A DNA stretch of 63,786 nt, filler included, from Octopus bimaculoides (lineage: Eukaryota): assembly GCF_001194135.2 (NCBI RefSeq). It is 3 parts of 3 records of this genome, joined end to end, with 100 filler letters (N's around TTAATTAATTAA, not from the genome) between each part and the next. Parts side by side here need not be neighbours in the genome. Positions count along the whole stretch, not along the records: positions 1 to 31,420 come from NC_068993.1; 2 more parts are not named here. One strand, given 5' to 3'. The stretch's first letter is position 1, and every line of letters begins with the position of its first letter. The notes below the pieces were generated by a model. The model did not search any database. It saw only the letters and a program-made list of their open reading frames with translations, and was not told the origin of the DNA. Shown piece by piece: positions 1 to 30,662 of the stretch. The position numbers were made by a program, and so were the translations under genes.

Positions 1-34
<34 letters not shown>

Positions 35-582
35 GGAGAGAGCACAGCGTTTAAATTTTGCAACAGTTGTTCTCTTTTTTATACTTGTGTCTACAACTGG
101 AACGAACCCCAGTGTCGGATCTACAGTTTGTATTCGATTTGGAACTCACGTATCTTCAATATCCTACAAACACGGGATTACTTAATTGTTGTTTACCTCA
201 GTGTGAATTCTGTTGCCGTACCTAGCCATTTATTGGCGCCAGACGTATTGATGTGCCTACGTTATATGTAAAATCTCATATAAATAATTTCCTTACAAAG
301 ATAATTGTTTGTCCATTTTTCTTCTTTGGCATACGCTTAATCTTTGTCTTCCGTCTAGCTGACTCATTTATTTCAGGAATGCTTTACCCTGAATAAGAAA
401 TTGGAATTCAAGAATTCTATCTGACCAGCACTAAATTAGTCTCTATATATATTCTACACTTGCATCAAAATCTTCTCCACTAACACACACACACACACTC
501 GTTCACTGCTTGATGATTGTATCTTCTTGTAAGAGTTTCTCGTTAATTTTTCATTGCTGCCACTATTTCTTGCAGAAGATTG

Positions 583-619
<37 letters not shown>

Positions 620-1168
620 CGGAGGATGGATGTATGGTTAAGAAGTTTACTTCCAACTACGTGGTTTCGGATTCAGCCGTTCGTGGAACTTTGGGCAAAT
701 GTTTTCTTCTATAACCCTGGCCCGATCAAATTCTTGTGAGTAGATGTGGTTGAGGAGGTACTGAAATAATATCACCGTGTGTGTGTCCTTGTCTCGACAT
801 CGTGTGATAGTTGTAAGCGAGTGTTACCGTTATACAAGCGATATTCTTCGTTTCCAGCCTTCCGTGAAAACATGCCTGACCTAGGGGAAAGTAAGTCATA
901 GGCAAGCGAGACAGCTCACATCAGGTTCCTTCTCGGAGCGACAGATATCGATGTTTCGTCGTTGCAGTGACTTTTCAATACCACGTACCGAACAAGGCCG
1001 AATATGTCTATATGCTAAATGGTTTGAAAAGCATCGGCCGACATGTCCCAACGTTTCATGCCACATTGGATAATGTCGTCATAGGAGTACGAGTACCTAG
1101 AGTAATAAGAGTATTGCAATGGATCCTCTAAATATTGGACTAAAAGAAAAAACAAAATTATTTACATA

Positions 1169-1345
1169 GGCGCAGGTATGGATGTGTGGTAAAACGTTTG
1201 CTTCCCATCCACATGGTTCTGGGTTCAATCCCACAGCATAGCAACTCGGGCAAGTGTTTTCTACTACAGCCTCAGGCCGACCAAAGCCTTGTCAATGGAT
1301 TTAGTAGACGGAAATTGAAAGAAGCCAGTTGTATGTGTGTGTATA
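1169..1345 (+). mobile_element. tRNA-derived SINE family B
   Basis: GGCGCAGGTATGG.TGTGTGGT...GGGTTCAATCCCAC head, ending GACGGAAATTGAAAGAAGCC + (TG/TA)n. Other copies at ~640-900, 7340-7450 (-), 28945-29110 (-) and 56630-56803 (-). Confidence 0.82.
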
Positions 1346-2435
1346 TATATATTGTGTATGTCTTTGTGTTTGACAACCGGTGTTGGTGTGTTTGCATCCC
1401 CATAAAAATAAGTTCTGGGATCGATTTGCCCGATTAAAACCATTCAAGGTGATGCGTCGCGTAAAATAAAAGAACTTCGCTGAAAACAAAATATGGAATG
1501 GTCACATTTGGATTGTCTCTAGTCACAAGCTTGCTTAGTCAGCGTTGACTTGATGCCACACTACTACTGCAGCTGCTGCAAAAACTAGACGATGATGATA
1601 ATGATGATTAGTCAGAAAAACTATAGATCTTTCCATTAATTAATTTGACTTGTTTACTCACTTTCACCATTCTTTGCTTTGTGCTTGACCAAAGAACTTG
1701 GCGTGTTTGTCCCGAGATTGAAAAAAAAAATTCCCATAATTCAGTTCATTGTAAAGAAAATGGTAATTTTCGCGCTGAACTTCGTCTCGTTTTATAATTT
1801 ATATCACGCACGGTTGCCACGTCTGGTTTTCATATTGATTGTTATAGGTTGTTTAAGATTTGTTTGTCTTACATGCGAGATGATGTCTGGTCGCCGTAAC
1901 TTTAAAACCTCTTGGGTATAAACAAATACACACACACATTCATATTTGTTGTATGTCAAGTTACATCTAAAACCAAAATTAATATCAAATTCAAGGATTA
2001 TTTCATACTTTTAGTAGGGTACATTTTTATTAACTTTAACCCAAAGAAGAAAAATAGAGATTGAAAGTTACTTCCGAGTTTGTTTGTTTGTCTTCATCAG
2101 ACAATCTGGTGAAAGCGAGTAAAATTGAACCTGAGAAGTCACTGTCAAACTTTTCCTTGTAAAACTATAACATATACATATATATGGCATAAGCAAAGTG
2201 TCAGAGTTGCCTCTCTTGGGTATTTCCCATTGATAAAAGCCAAGGAGCTAGAAACATAGATGTATGGGTATCCTGACAGATGAAGACACTGAAATGATAT
2301 GGTGTTTTTACATCTGCTTACCATAAGAGAAAATGTTATCTCCGATAACTGCGGTGAGTTTGTCTTTTAGCAAATGAAATATGTCAGACATTTTAACTAA
2401 CCTAAACTTTGCATATATATATATATATATATATA

Positions 2436-2471
<36 letters not shown>

Positions 2472-3824
2472 GTATGTATAATTGGCNNNNNNNNNNNNNN
2501 NNNNNNNNNNNNNNNNNNNNNNNNNNNNNNNNNNNNNNNNNNNNNNNNNNNNNNNNNNNNNNNNNNNNNNNNNNNNNNNNNNNNNNNNNNNNTGGTCCCC
2601 CTTGAATTACAGGTACAACTCATGTTTCCCAGTTAAGTGCACGGAAGCAACGTGAAATAAACTATCCTGCTCAAGCAGTTGGAGCGCCGCCGGTTATCGA
2701 ACTCTCGACCTTACGATCGTGTGTCGAATATCTCTAGTCGTCGTCATGCCATTCGAATCGATCAATGCCAATGTGACGGAATTTGGTAGATGGAAACTAT
2801 GTAGAAGCCTGTCGTATGTGTGTGTAACACGCGCACACACATCCAGATATACACACATTCACGCACACACACATGCACACACACACACACACAGAGGGAG
2901 AAGCGCATATTTATCAACCAAGGGCCAACCTTGTCACACACTGTGTCACATTTAATCTCCCTGAGAGCTATGTTAAGGGTACGTGTGTCTGTGGTGTGCT
3001 CAACCACATGTACGTGAATTTCACGAGCAGTCTGTTCCATTGAACAGATAAACTAGAACCCTCGTCGTCGTAACCGACGGAATGCCAATTATTCTGGCTG
3101 ATATTTTTTTTTTTTCATTTTTTTGTGTTTTCTTTTCCTTTTATATAAACTGTAAAATTTAGCCCGAAAATCTTGTACGTACACACATACACACACACAT
3201 ACAAACACTCCCTGTTGTCCAGGAAACAAATGGAGCTTGAAAATAATAAAGGATAAATCTATATGTGTGTATTATTTAGAAACGTGGCGTAACTATTGTT
3301 TGCTGCAGAGATGTATGAATAGCAACTAATCTTTTTTTCTAGCAAAACCTAGACGAACCATTCTCAGACGAGGAGTTCATTATGGAAACATACTTAGCTT
3401 TTCACCCTTCAGAGTTTTCGATTGAAGCATGTGAAGTGAATATCCACCTATATAGCTAAGATACGCACAGACGAACACACACACACATGTAACGGAGAGA
3501 GAGAAAGTAAAGAGATTGAGGTGTTGTTAAAAGTGGAGGAAATTAAAAAGAAAATTTTTATGAAATGTTTCAATGCTTCTGATCGTCTGTGATCGAGGAA
3601 ATCCAGTGAATGAGAGAATGTAGGTGGATTAACACAGATTAGAGATATTATTCAATGGATGGGTAGTAATGGTGGTGGTAATAGTAATAGTGGTTTTGGT
3701 GATGGTAGCGGTGGTGATGACAGATATCTGAGATGAAGAATAATAGGATGGTTTGATTGGACACTATATCTGTGTGTGTGAGACGTGAAAGTTTGCGGTG
3801 TGTATGTGATAATGAGAGAGTGTG

Positions 3825-3880
<56 letters not shown>

Positions 3881-4439
3881 TGTGTGTTTGTGTGTGTGTG
3901 TTTGTGTGTCTGTGTGTGTGTGTCGCACTTTGTATTCGTAAGGAAATGTGTGAATGTAGCGATGTTTTGTCTGTCTACGTTCTGAGTTCAAATTCCACCG
4001 AGGTCGACTTTGTCTTTCCTCCTTTCAGGGTCGATAAACTACGTACTAGTTGCTTACTGGGGACGATCTAATCGACTGGCACTCCTTCCCAAAAATGTCG
4101 GGCCTGGTGCCAAGAGTAGAAAAGAATGTATTTATAGGAAGTTATATATAAGGAGCAAAAAAGCTAGTTCTGAAATCTCTAATTGTACTAGCAAGTAATG
4201 TTTGTAGCCCTTTCAACATGGCTGTTCCGTTCGAATGGACTTTACTGCGATTTTTTAACCCTGGGAGACATATGTAGCTGGTTAACGATGCACACCTGCA
4301 TCCGATATATTGCGAGCAGGGTAGCGAATCCCTACTACCTTGTAGCGACGGGACCAGCAGACCAGCCTGGTTTCGGGCTTCTTCTGCCTCTCTCCCGTAC
4401 TGGACACCTCGTCTGCTAGAAATGGCATATATATGTATA

Positions 4440-4955
4440 ATACAGCTGCTTGTTGTTTATACACTTGTCTTCGTCTTTTGTTTTTCTGTAAATTTCAACT
4501 ATATATTGTCCGCTCACGTGGTCGTACCAGTTTTATCCCGCTTTAACCTCCTACACTTTGGACTTACTACTACCTAAACTTTCTGCACCTCTCCTCATCT
4601 ACATACCAGCACTCCATCCGGATTACCGCTGGATATACTCACTGGACTCTTCCGATGATGAGAAATTGCTCCAATACACCAGGACGTTTGAACCTTTTTG
4701 AACTTTTTTTATCTTTCTTTTTTTCTTACTCCGTACGTTATCGCTAAATCCACACAAGTTATTTTTATTCTCTCTCTGTTTATTTCTTTGTGTTCCTTTC
4801 CGCTGAAGAGCGTAGGCTCGAAACGTAGAAGACTTTCTTACTTTCCCGAGTATCAAACTAATACACCTGCTTGTTGTTTATACACCTGTCTTTGTTTTTT
4901 GTTTTTCTGTAAATTTCAACTAATATATATACAATCACGTGATCGACCAGACTCT
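4440..4955 (+). mobile_element. Possible Penelope-like terminal region with direct repeats
   Basis: A ~90-bp block at 4442-4530 repeats at 4863-4950; it contains CTGAAGAGCGTAGGCTCGAAACGT, reminiscent of GIY-YIG retroelement ends. A further copy lies at ~6700-6920. No convincing protein remnant. Confidence 0.35.
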
Positions 4956-5174
4956 CAATAGTTGTTAAATATCGCTGGACACAATGCGCTTTGCATTGTT
5001 TTATTCTTCGAATGATGCCAATCCGCTGGCTAGACGAGCAGGCCAACATTCCCCCTGATTGAAAGGGGTACTGGAGCAACGTGAAATGTATTGTTTTGCT
5101 CAAGAACACAAAGCCACCTGGTCTGGGAATCGAACCCTCGATCTAGCGATCGTGAGTACAACAGCCTAACCACT

Positions 5175-5478
5175 ACAGACAGAGGGAGAGACGGAGAGAC
5201 GGACAGACGGACAGACGGAGAGACGGACAGACGGAGAGACAGACACAGATGGAGAGAGACGGGCATACAGACAGACAGACAGACAGACAGACACAGATGG
5301 AGAGAGACGGGCAGACAGACAGACAGACACAGATGGAGAGAGACGGGCAGACAGACAGACAGACAGACACAGATGGAGAGAGACGGGCAGACAGACAGAC
5401 AGACAGACACAGATGGAGAGACGGACAGACAGACAGACAGACACAGATGGAGAGAGACGCGGACAGACACAGATGGAG
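5175..5478. repeat. Compound (AGAC)n-based minisatellite (~30-38 bp units)
   Basis: AGACAGACACAGATGGAGAGAGACGGGC repeated about 7 times. Confidence 0.9.
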
Positions 5479-5853
5479 TGGGTAGAGAGACAGTTAATGC
5501 ATATATTAATATCTGTATTGAATTATGAGTTTGAAAGGATACAAGATGAGATAATTGTATTTGAAAGAGTAAAAGAAAAAAAATAGTAAATTGGAAGATA
5601 ACATATAAAATATGTGCAAGGAAGCTGGCCTGTAACTTAGAAATTGATGACTAGTAGAGTTCATAGAGGTCACTAAAAACCAAGTGGCCGGAAAGCATAA
5701 TAAATGATGGAGATAAGAGATAATTCAAAGAAGCTGACCAAACTCATAAAAAGATAAGTGTCTTAACTATTCTTTGTATCTTTGTATTTTCCTTTCTTTT
5801 CTTTCAACCTAAAAACATCATTCACTACTTTGTGATAGTCGTCTTCAAGTTTA

Positions 5854-5910
5854 CAGTAGAACCTCGGCTTTCGAACGCCTCTGATCACGAATAAATCACG
5901 CTTTATATTC

Positions 5911-5944
<34 letters not shown>

Positions 5945-6092
5945 NNNNNNNNNNNNNNNNNNNNNNNNNNNNNNNNNNNNNNNNNNNNNNNNNNNNNNNN
6001 NNNNNNNNNNNNNNNNNNNNNNNNNNNNNNNNNNNNNNNNNNNNNNGCGATTTATTTGTGATCAGAGTCCTTCGAAAACCGAGGTTCTACTG
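5854..6092. mobile_element. Tigger/pogo-like MITE with an internal (AT)n and gap
   Basis: ~45-bp TIRs starting CAGTAGAACCTCGG.TTTCGAA, with TA on both sides; a solo end occurs at ~32215-32262. Confidence 0.75.
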
Positions 6093-9000
6093 TATTTCTA
6101 TTATTTTCTTTTTCCTTTGTCTACCACAATCATTCAAATTAGATTATTTTTGCTGGGTTTTTTTTCGTTAATACTCTGAGGACCATGAAAGTCGCCTTGA
6201 CTCTGCTATTGTTGTTGGTTGTTATTGTTGATGTTGCAATATCAATATTGGATTTATGCTTGTTTTCCTCGGAATCTGATAATTTGGTTGATGGAAAGTA
6301 ACGTAACATATAACTACAAAACAATATTTATCTCACCATAGACATTGAAGACCATGAAGATCACTGCCAGATCTCACTGCGCACGAAGAACTAATCGCTA
6401 TAGAACTAGTCCGGGAGCTTTTCATTACCACCTCCTATATACATAGACAAGAAAGTAGGCGTGATGTGAGGCAGATTTGGTTGCCATTTCTACCAGCTCT
6501 ACCTACCGGGTAGAGGTTTATCTTTTTTTGCTGGCTCATAATACATGTACACTCATAAGCCATTAAAGTGTAATTTCAGACAGGAAGCAGCTATTAATGG
6601 CTGGTCAGCAATTATGGAGAAGCTCCCTCGTTGACTCACGCGCACCTTCGTTTTGCAATTACCAATACTTTATTATCTCCCCTTCTTTCTACCTCTGCTG
6701 TCAAATCATTTTTTTTCTAACCAGTCGCCATGCTTGATCTCTAAATCCACAAGTTTTTTGGGGTTTTTTTTTTCCTCATTCCTTTCTGTTGAAGAGCGTA
6801 GGCTCGAAATGTAAAAGACTTCTTCGCTTTCCCGAGCGTCAAACTAATGCACCTGCTTGTTCATCATACATTTGTATTCGTCTTTTGTTTGTCTGTAAAT
6901 TCCAACTATATATATATTGTGCGTGACAGTAAGGGAGATTTGACTGTTATTTCTACCGGCTGTAGCTATTGTATAAGATTTAGCTGCTATTACTACCTTG
7001 TCAGTGCTCCAGGGTTAGTCTTGCTGGCTCAAACATACATGAAGCTGTAGGGCATGATTGGAGGGAGGTTTAGCTGCTGTTTCCACTAGATCTAGCAACA
7101 ATAGCAACGTCTCTCTCGGATCATCTACACATCTCTTTTGTCTTATGGCTTTTACTTGTTTCCGCCATTGGACTGCGGCCATACTGGAGCACAGCCTTGA
7201 CGGGTTTAGTCGAACAAATCGACCCCAGTACCAAGGCAGGTGCTTATTCTATCGGAGTCTTTTGCCGAACTGCAAAGTTACGAGCAGCTAAACGAAGTCA
7301 CAGTGGTTGACAAGGGATGGTGGGAGTGCTTCCTCGCAGTTTCAGTCTACAATGCACTGGTCGGTCCGAAACTATAGTAAATGACACTTTCTCAAAGTGT
7401 CACGCAGTGGGATTGAACCCGAAGCCACGTGGTTGCAAAGTGAGCTTCTGAAGACTGTTTTAAAACCACATTTCTTTCTATCTCTCTCTCTCTCTCTCCA
7501 TATTCAGACATTGAGATAGCTTTCATTTTAATCTGGACGAAGATTAAAGAAGTCAATCTAAGGGGCATAAATCCGAAGAGACAAAAGCTTGTTCGTTTTA
7601 ACTTTCATCCGTTTTATGTTGCGGTGGGGCTGCAGGGAGCTCCGTGATTTGTCGAGCAGTTTTCATGTTTTCAGACACTCCAGTACAAAAGAGTCTGTTA
7701 TACTTATCCGATCAGCGATGTCTAGAGATCATTTAATTTTTTCTTATTCTGCAGAGAATTCTTTTGACCGAAACTGTAACATATCTTGCATCATATAGTA
7801 TGTGTGTGCGCGCTTATATACGCACATAGACAAAGTGGTAGGATTTAAAGGAGATTTGGTTGTTACTTATAGCTCATCTAGCAAGCACACAGGCGGCTAT
7901 TTTCATTCGCTAATAGATACACGCACATAAAACATCTAGCAACACACAAATGTCTATTTTCGTACGCTAATCTATGCAAACATAATCTATGCAAACATAC
8001 ATACACACATACGAACATGCGATCTTAAAGATAGCGTATTTGGCAATGGCGTTTTAGTGTATTATTTAAACACAGTAGGAAGTATTATTTGAAGAAAACT
8101 TATTTCTAGCTTGATTTGACTTTCGATGAAATCATGGTCATCTCATCTTTACGTATATCAAGGCCGACATTGTCTAATATATCCTTCCTTTCGGCGTTTC
8201 GGGTTGTTGTTTCTTTTTTTAACATTTTAGATCAACTGTGTAGAGGTTCCTTTAGTTGTGGTACTTTAGTATTTGGTTAGCCCCGAATCATCACACCACT
8301 TATAAAATGCGCTCAAATAGTGACCATCCGGTCTTTTGTGTACCAGAAACTACTTCGGACAAAGTGTCCTTCTTTTCTGATACACTCGGGTCCAAATTGG
8401 GAAGCAGTTGACTACTATTTCTAACGTTTCAAACACATGAACAAGCTCTGTCTTTGATTACTGTGTTGCAGTTTCGCTCTGTAGTAGATCTGATGGCACA
8501 GACCTATGATACAAAGCGTTCGAGTCGTAATCATTATCCCATAAATATCTCATATGGCTTCTTTACAGATGGTAGAATGTCTTTTCCTTTTTGCGTTGAC
8601 TGTGTCCTTCATTTGTGTGTACGATGTGGAGATTTGGTTGCAATTTCTAGCAGCTTGAAGATAGACACGCAGACGGGGAGACATGGAGAGGCGGTGGGGT
8701 GTACGCTGTTGTGTGAAGTTATTTACATTTGTGCGCATATACATGGTGCTTAAATGGTTTTTATGGACAGAATAATCTCTCTCTCTCTCTCGCACACATT
8801 TCTACACCTTTTCATACATTAGCGACATCAAATCCCTTCTAAAGAAAATTGCTTTGCCGCTTTCGTGTTCATCCGAATTTTTCCTGCCCGGTACAATCTG
8901 ACTTAAGGTAGATTTATTTCGCTGCTAGTTCTAGCACATCGAGACAACTAGATAGATTACTCGTCTCGTTGTTTATTTAAGCTGTGTGGTTGAACAAACA

Positions 9001-9420
9001 TATTGCAAATATTCCCCCCACCACCCGGTCGACTCTTTGGTGAGTGGGTGAAGGCCAGACACAATGTACGGACGTCTCTACATTAAACCAATTTCTTATT
9101 CCTATAGCTTAAGAGAAATTTGACTACTACTTCTAGCATATTAAGGAGTCGTGTACAGGGTTCTACACTCAAATAGACTAAAACCATAAATTCTGGGATT
9201 TATCATATATGTGATCACTAATCTCGGATTAGAATTCATTTCGTACAAATACCGACGGAAAAGTTTATTTTATTGACGAATGTTTAAACGTCATTGAGAG
9301 TTATCTCCCGTAAGCAGGAGTATTACATGAATGACCTCCCTTGGTAAATAAACCTTGCTGGAATAAGAAGAGGCTTTTGGAATAATTTACAGTTTATTAT
9401 GCATGTAGCCTCTTTTTTCT

Positions 9421-9772
9421 GAGATCGTGGAATCTATGAGAAAATGGTCTCGTTTTCTTCTTGGATGCAACATCACACTAATAGCTCATTAAAACAGTGT
9501 TGCTTTTATGTTTGATTGTCAAAAGCGCAGTAAACCTAAAAACGAAAAGATAATGCGTTGGCGAATCGAACAAGCCCAGTATAAATTTGATATCATTTAC
9601 TGCCAAAGCAAGTTTAATGTTGCATCTGATGCTTTATCGCGTACCTATTGCGTAGCTACGACTGATAATGAACTGTACCGTGTTCATGCAGCGCTGTGTC
9701 ATCCTGGGATCACACGATTGTTTTCATTATATTAAAGTTAAGAGTTTACCATACTCTGTAGATTATGTAAAG
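9421..9772 (+). mobile_element. Ty3/Gypsy LTR-retrotransposon pol remnant (RNase H end to integrase Zn finger)
   Basis: IVESMRKWSRFLLG...SVAFMFD...KNEKIMRWRIEQAQYKFDIIY...FNVASDALSR...HAALCHPGITR, then a frameshift into KSLPYSVDYVK; in-frame stop present. Confidence 0.85.
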
Positions 9773-11809
9773 TGGGGGCACGTAAAAAGCACCCACTACA
9801 CACTCGATGTGGTTGGTGTTAGGAAGGGCATCCAGCTGTAGAAACACTGCTAGATCAGAATGAAACCTGGTGCAGTCTCCTGGATTTCTAGACCCCAGTT
9901 GAACTGTCCAACCCAAGCCAGCATGGAAAAACGGACATTAAATGATGATTGCTTATTTGTTTCGTTGTATATATTTCATATCTTTTTCCTTGTTATTGCA
10001 CTTCTCATTCCGCCACCCCCGTTTCTATTCACATTTCTGCCCCTAGCAGCTTATATTGCTAACACTGTGAAAGTGTGTTGACGTTTGGTCAACAACTGCT
10101 GAATGACGAATGCGTCCACCGCGTGCATTTCTTTCTGTTTTACTCTGTTCCTTGGTCGTCCCTCTGCACCACATTATTATTATAAAATATATACAATATA
10201 AGTGAGCATGAAAGATGAAATAATGGTTTAAGAGAAAAATAACAGGAACAAATCAGTGAAGGAACTAAAATATTCTTGAAATGGATTGGATGTAACAAGG
10301 TGGAAGAAAGCAACATGGGTGAAAGAACTTTTAATGATGTTCTTAGATCCAATGCAAAACAAAACAAAAATGGTAAAAAAAGGAAATGGTCATAGAAAAA
10401 TATACCAAAATATGTGGGTGTGTGTATGCATGTTTGTGTGCATATATATAATATATACACATGTAGGGAGAGATTTTCCTAAAAGTTAACTATTTAAAAA
10501 ATTTTCAAAACAACAGAATGAGACAACCGTTTTGGAATGACGTTTTTATATAATGCAAAAAGTGTTTTCATTGTTCCATTTTGCAAAGTGAAAGCGCTTA
10601 CGATACAAAAAATACATTCTAAAAAGGTGTACATCATTCAGCTTTTCTAAAAAAATTTTTAAATAGTAAATAACTTTTAAGAAAATCTTTCTTTAAATAT
10701 TTTAACAGTATGAAGTATTCTTTGCAAAAACATGTTATGTATATATATATGTATATATGGGGTTGTTTATGAAATCTGGGTATCAAACAGTTTTGATTGG
10801 GTGATTGTTGTTTGTAACTTAAGTAAGCACTGTCAAGAAAATAGATTTATCAGGTTTCAATGGTCATACAAAAAAAAAAAACCCATCCACTTGAGTATAT
10901 TTTATAAANNNNNNNNNNNNNNNNNNNNNNNNNNNNNNNNNNNNNNNNNNNNNNNNNNNNNNNNNNNNNNNNNNNNNNNNNNNNNNNNNNNNNNNNNNNN
11001 NNNNNNNNNNNNNNNNNNNNNNNNNNNNNNNNNNNNNNNNNNNNNNNNNNNNNNNNNNNNNNNGTGCTCAACTGGTACTTATTTTATCGACCCCCAAAAA
11101 GATGAGTTGACTTCGGCAGTATTTGAACTCAATGCCATCAAGCAATTTGTCCAGTTCCCTAACAATTTGGCCAGCTTGCTCCCTTAGTAATGATTTTTTC
11201 TGTCATAGGCATAAGAGCTGAAATTTTGAGGGGGTGGGGGGTTAAGGTTAGTCGATGTACATCAACCCCAGTCTTCAACTGGTACTTTATCAACCCTTGG
11301 AGGGATAACAAGCCAAGTCAACCTTGGCAGCATTTGAACTCTGAACATAATGCTGGACAGAATGCGATCAATTCTGCCGCCTTGCTGCCTCAGTTAGAGA
11401 CACACAGCTTGAAATTTTGAGGGGAGGGGTCACTCATTTACGTTGACCTTGGTGAAATATGAACTCAAAAAATCGAGTGACAGAAGAAATGCCACAAAGC
11501 ATATTGTCTGGCAATGCTAACCATTCTACTAGTTTGCTGCCTGAAGAATAATTAGTTAATTAAATAAATAAATTAATTAAATAGATAATAATAATAATGC
11601 AGGTCTGTCAAAACTAAGAATTTTCCTATTAATTGACCGGATGAATAAATATCTATGATCTTTAAGAGTGGCAAAGCAGTTCCATGTTTGATGACTAAAG
11701 CATGATCAACAATAAAGGTTTTTCCATGAGTTTGTTAACTTGGACCATGATTTCTTTTTTTTTTCTTTTTTCTACAATCATCAGGAATTGTAAATCCAAT
11801 GAGATTGAT

Positions 11810-12330
11810 AGTTTCCGAAAGTCTGAGATCAAAGACATTCAAGAATGTCAGGAACATTTGAGAGCAGCCAGTCTCCGAGATTTTGAAGTTTCCAAAGGTT
11901 TTCCGAGTCCAATATCACAGGTGACAATTTCCATGAATTTGATGTCAAGGATTATCAAGTGACAACTACCAAAAGTTTATTGTTTAGAATTCTCAGAACA
12001 AGAATTTCCAAGTGTTTGCTGTTGAGGTCAAGCACAAGCAACAGATTCCTAGAATTTGGTTGAAGAATTATCAGGTGTAACAGTTTCACAAAATTTGAGA
12101 TTAAAGACTTTCAAGAGTTTAATGTTGAGAACTATCAATTGTGACCGTTTCCAAGAGTTTAGTGTCTAAGTCTATCATGAGTAAGCTTCCAAAGGTTTGG
12201 TGTTCTTTCCAAGAATTTCTTGTCAAGGATTATCAAAAAGGGACAGTTACCAAGAATTTGTTAAAAACACTCTCAGAAGCGAGACTTTCCAAGAGTTTAA
12301 TAAGGATCTTCAGGTGTAACATTTGTGTGG
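11810..12330. repeat. Degenerate ~38-40 bp tandem array (about 14 units, some truncated) in the putative 3' UTR of the N4BP2-like gene
   Basis: The anchor TTTCCAAGARTTT recurs near 11888, 11927, 11965, 12004, 12044, 12108, 12147, 12205, 12246 and 12285; approximate consensus GTTTCCAAGAGTTTGATGTTGAGGATTATCAGGTGTGACA. Confidence 0.75.
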
Positions 12331-12549
12331 GTTTGAAGTTCAAGACTCATTAGGAAACAGTTGTTGTGAGTTTCGCATTCAGCAACTCCAAAAGAACTGC
12401 CAGAAATTGTTTCCTCAGAGTGCCATGTAGAGCCATGGAAAACAGCTTTGGTAAATACAATGGTTTCAACCATCAAAAAGTATGGGTTTCAAGTAAGTGT
12501 AAAGGTCAGAACCATCAAGAAAGCAGGTAAAAAAACAAAATGTGCAATT

Positions 12550-29774
<17,225 letters not shown>

Positions 29775-30106
29775 CTACAAAGATAGATAAACATCTAAAC
29801 GTTAAATCACTGTATCGGTCAGATTATCAAATGTTGTTATACATCGCTGGTCACATTGTGCTTCTTTGCATTGTAGCTTTCAAATGATGCCATCTCATGG
29901 GCTAAGCAGGCAGGCAGACATTCCCCCTGAAGAGGATACCGGTCTATTGCAGGGTTACACATTTATCTAAATGGACAGGAGTAACAAGAACACAACGCAA
30001 CGCCCGGTCTGAGAATCGAACCCATGATCTCGCAATTGTGAGTGCAACACCCTGACCACTAAGCCATGCACCTTCACACACACACACACACACAAACACA
30101 CACATA

Positions 30107-30147
<41 letters not shown>

Positions 30148-30611
30148 TGTGAAAATTATAAGGGTAAAAAAATTTTGAAAAATGTTCAAACCAGAGGCTG
30201 GCATGCGTAATAAAGTCAAAAGTCAACATATTTTCATTATAATAATGTACANNNNNNNNNNNNNNNNNNNNNNNNNNNNNNNNNNNNNNNNNNNNNNNNN
30301 NNNNNNNNNNNNNNNNNNNNNNNNNNNNNNNNNNNNNNNNNNNNNNNNNNNNNNNNNNNNNNNNNNNNNNNNNNNNNNNNNNNNNNNNNNNNNNNNNNNN
30401 NNNNNNNNNNNNNNNNNNNNNNNNNNNNNNNNNNNNNNNNNNNNNNNNNNNNNNNNNNNNNNNNNNNNNNNNNNNNNNNNNNNNNNNNNNNNNNNNNNNN
30501 NNNNNNNNNNNNNNNNNNNNNNNNNNNNNNNNNNNNNNNNNNNNNNNNNNNNNNNNNNNNNNNNNNNNNNNNNNNNNNNNNNNNNNNNNNNNNNNNNNNN
30601 NNNNNNNNNNN

Positions 30612-30662
<51 letters not shown>

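Noticed and set aside
1169-1250. tRNA-like A/B boxes (also at the heads of SINE A and C copies)
   Set aside because: No cloverleaf or anticodon arm; they continue into repeated SINE bodies.
5091-5528. Arg/Asp/Thr-rich 145-aa ORF
   Set aside because: It is a SINE fragment plus an (AGAC)n minisatellite.
11810-12330. CRISPR-like interpretation of the ~39-nt array
   Set aside because: The units are adjacent degenerate tandem copies without unique spacers, the context is eukaryotic, and there are no cas genes.
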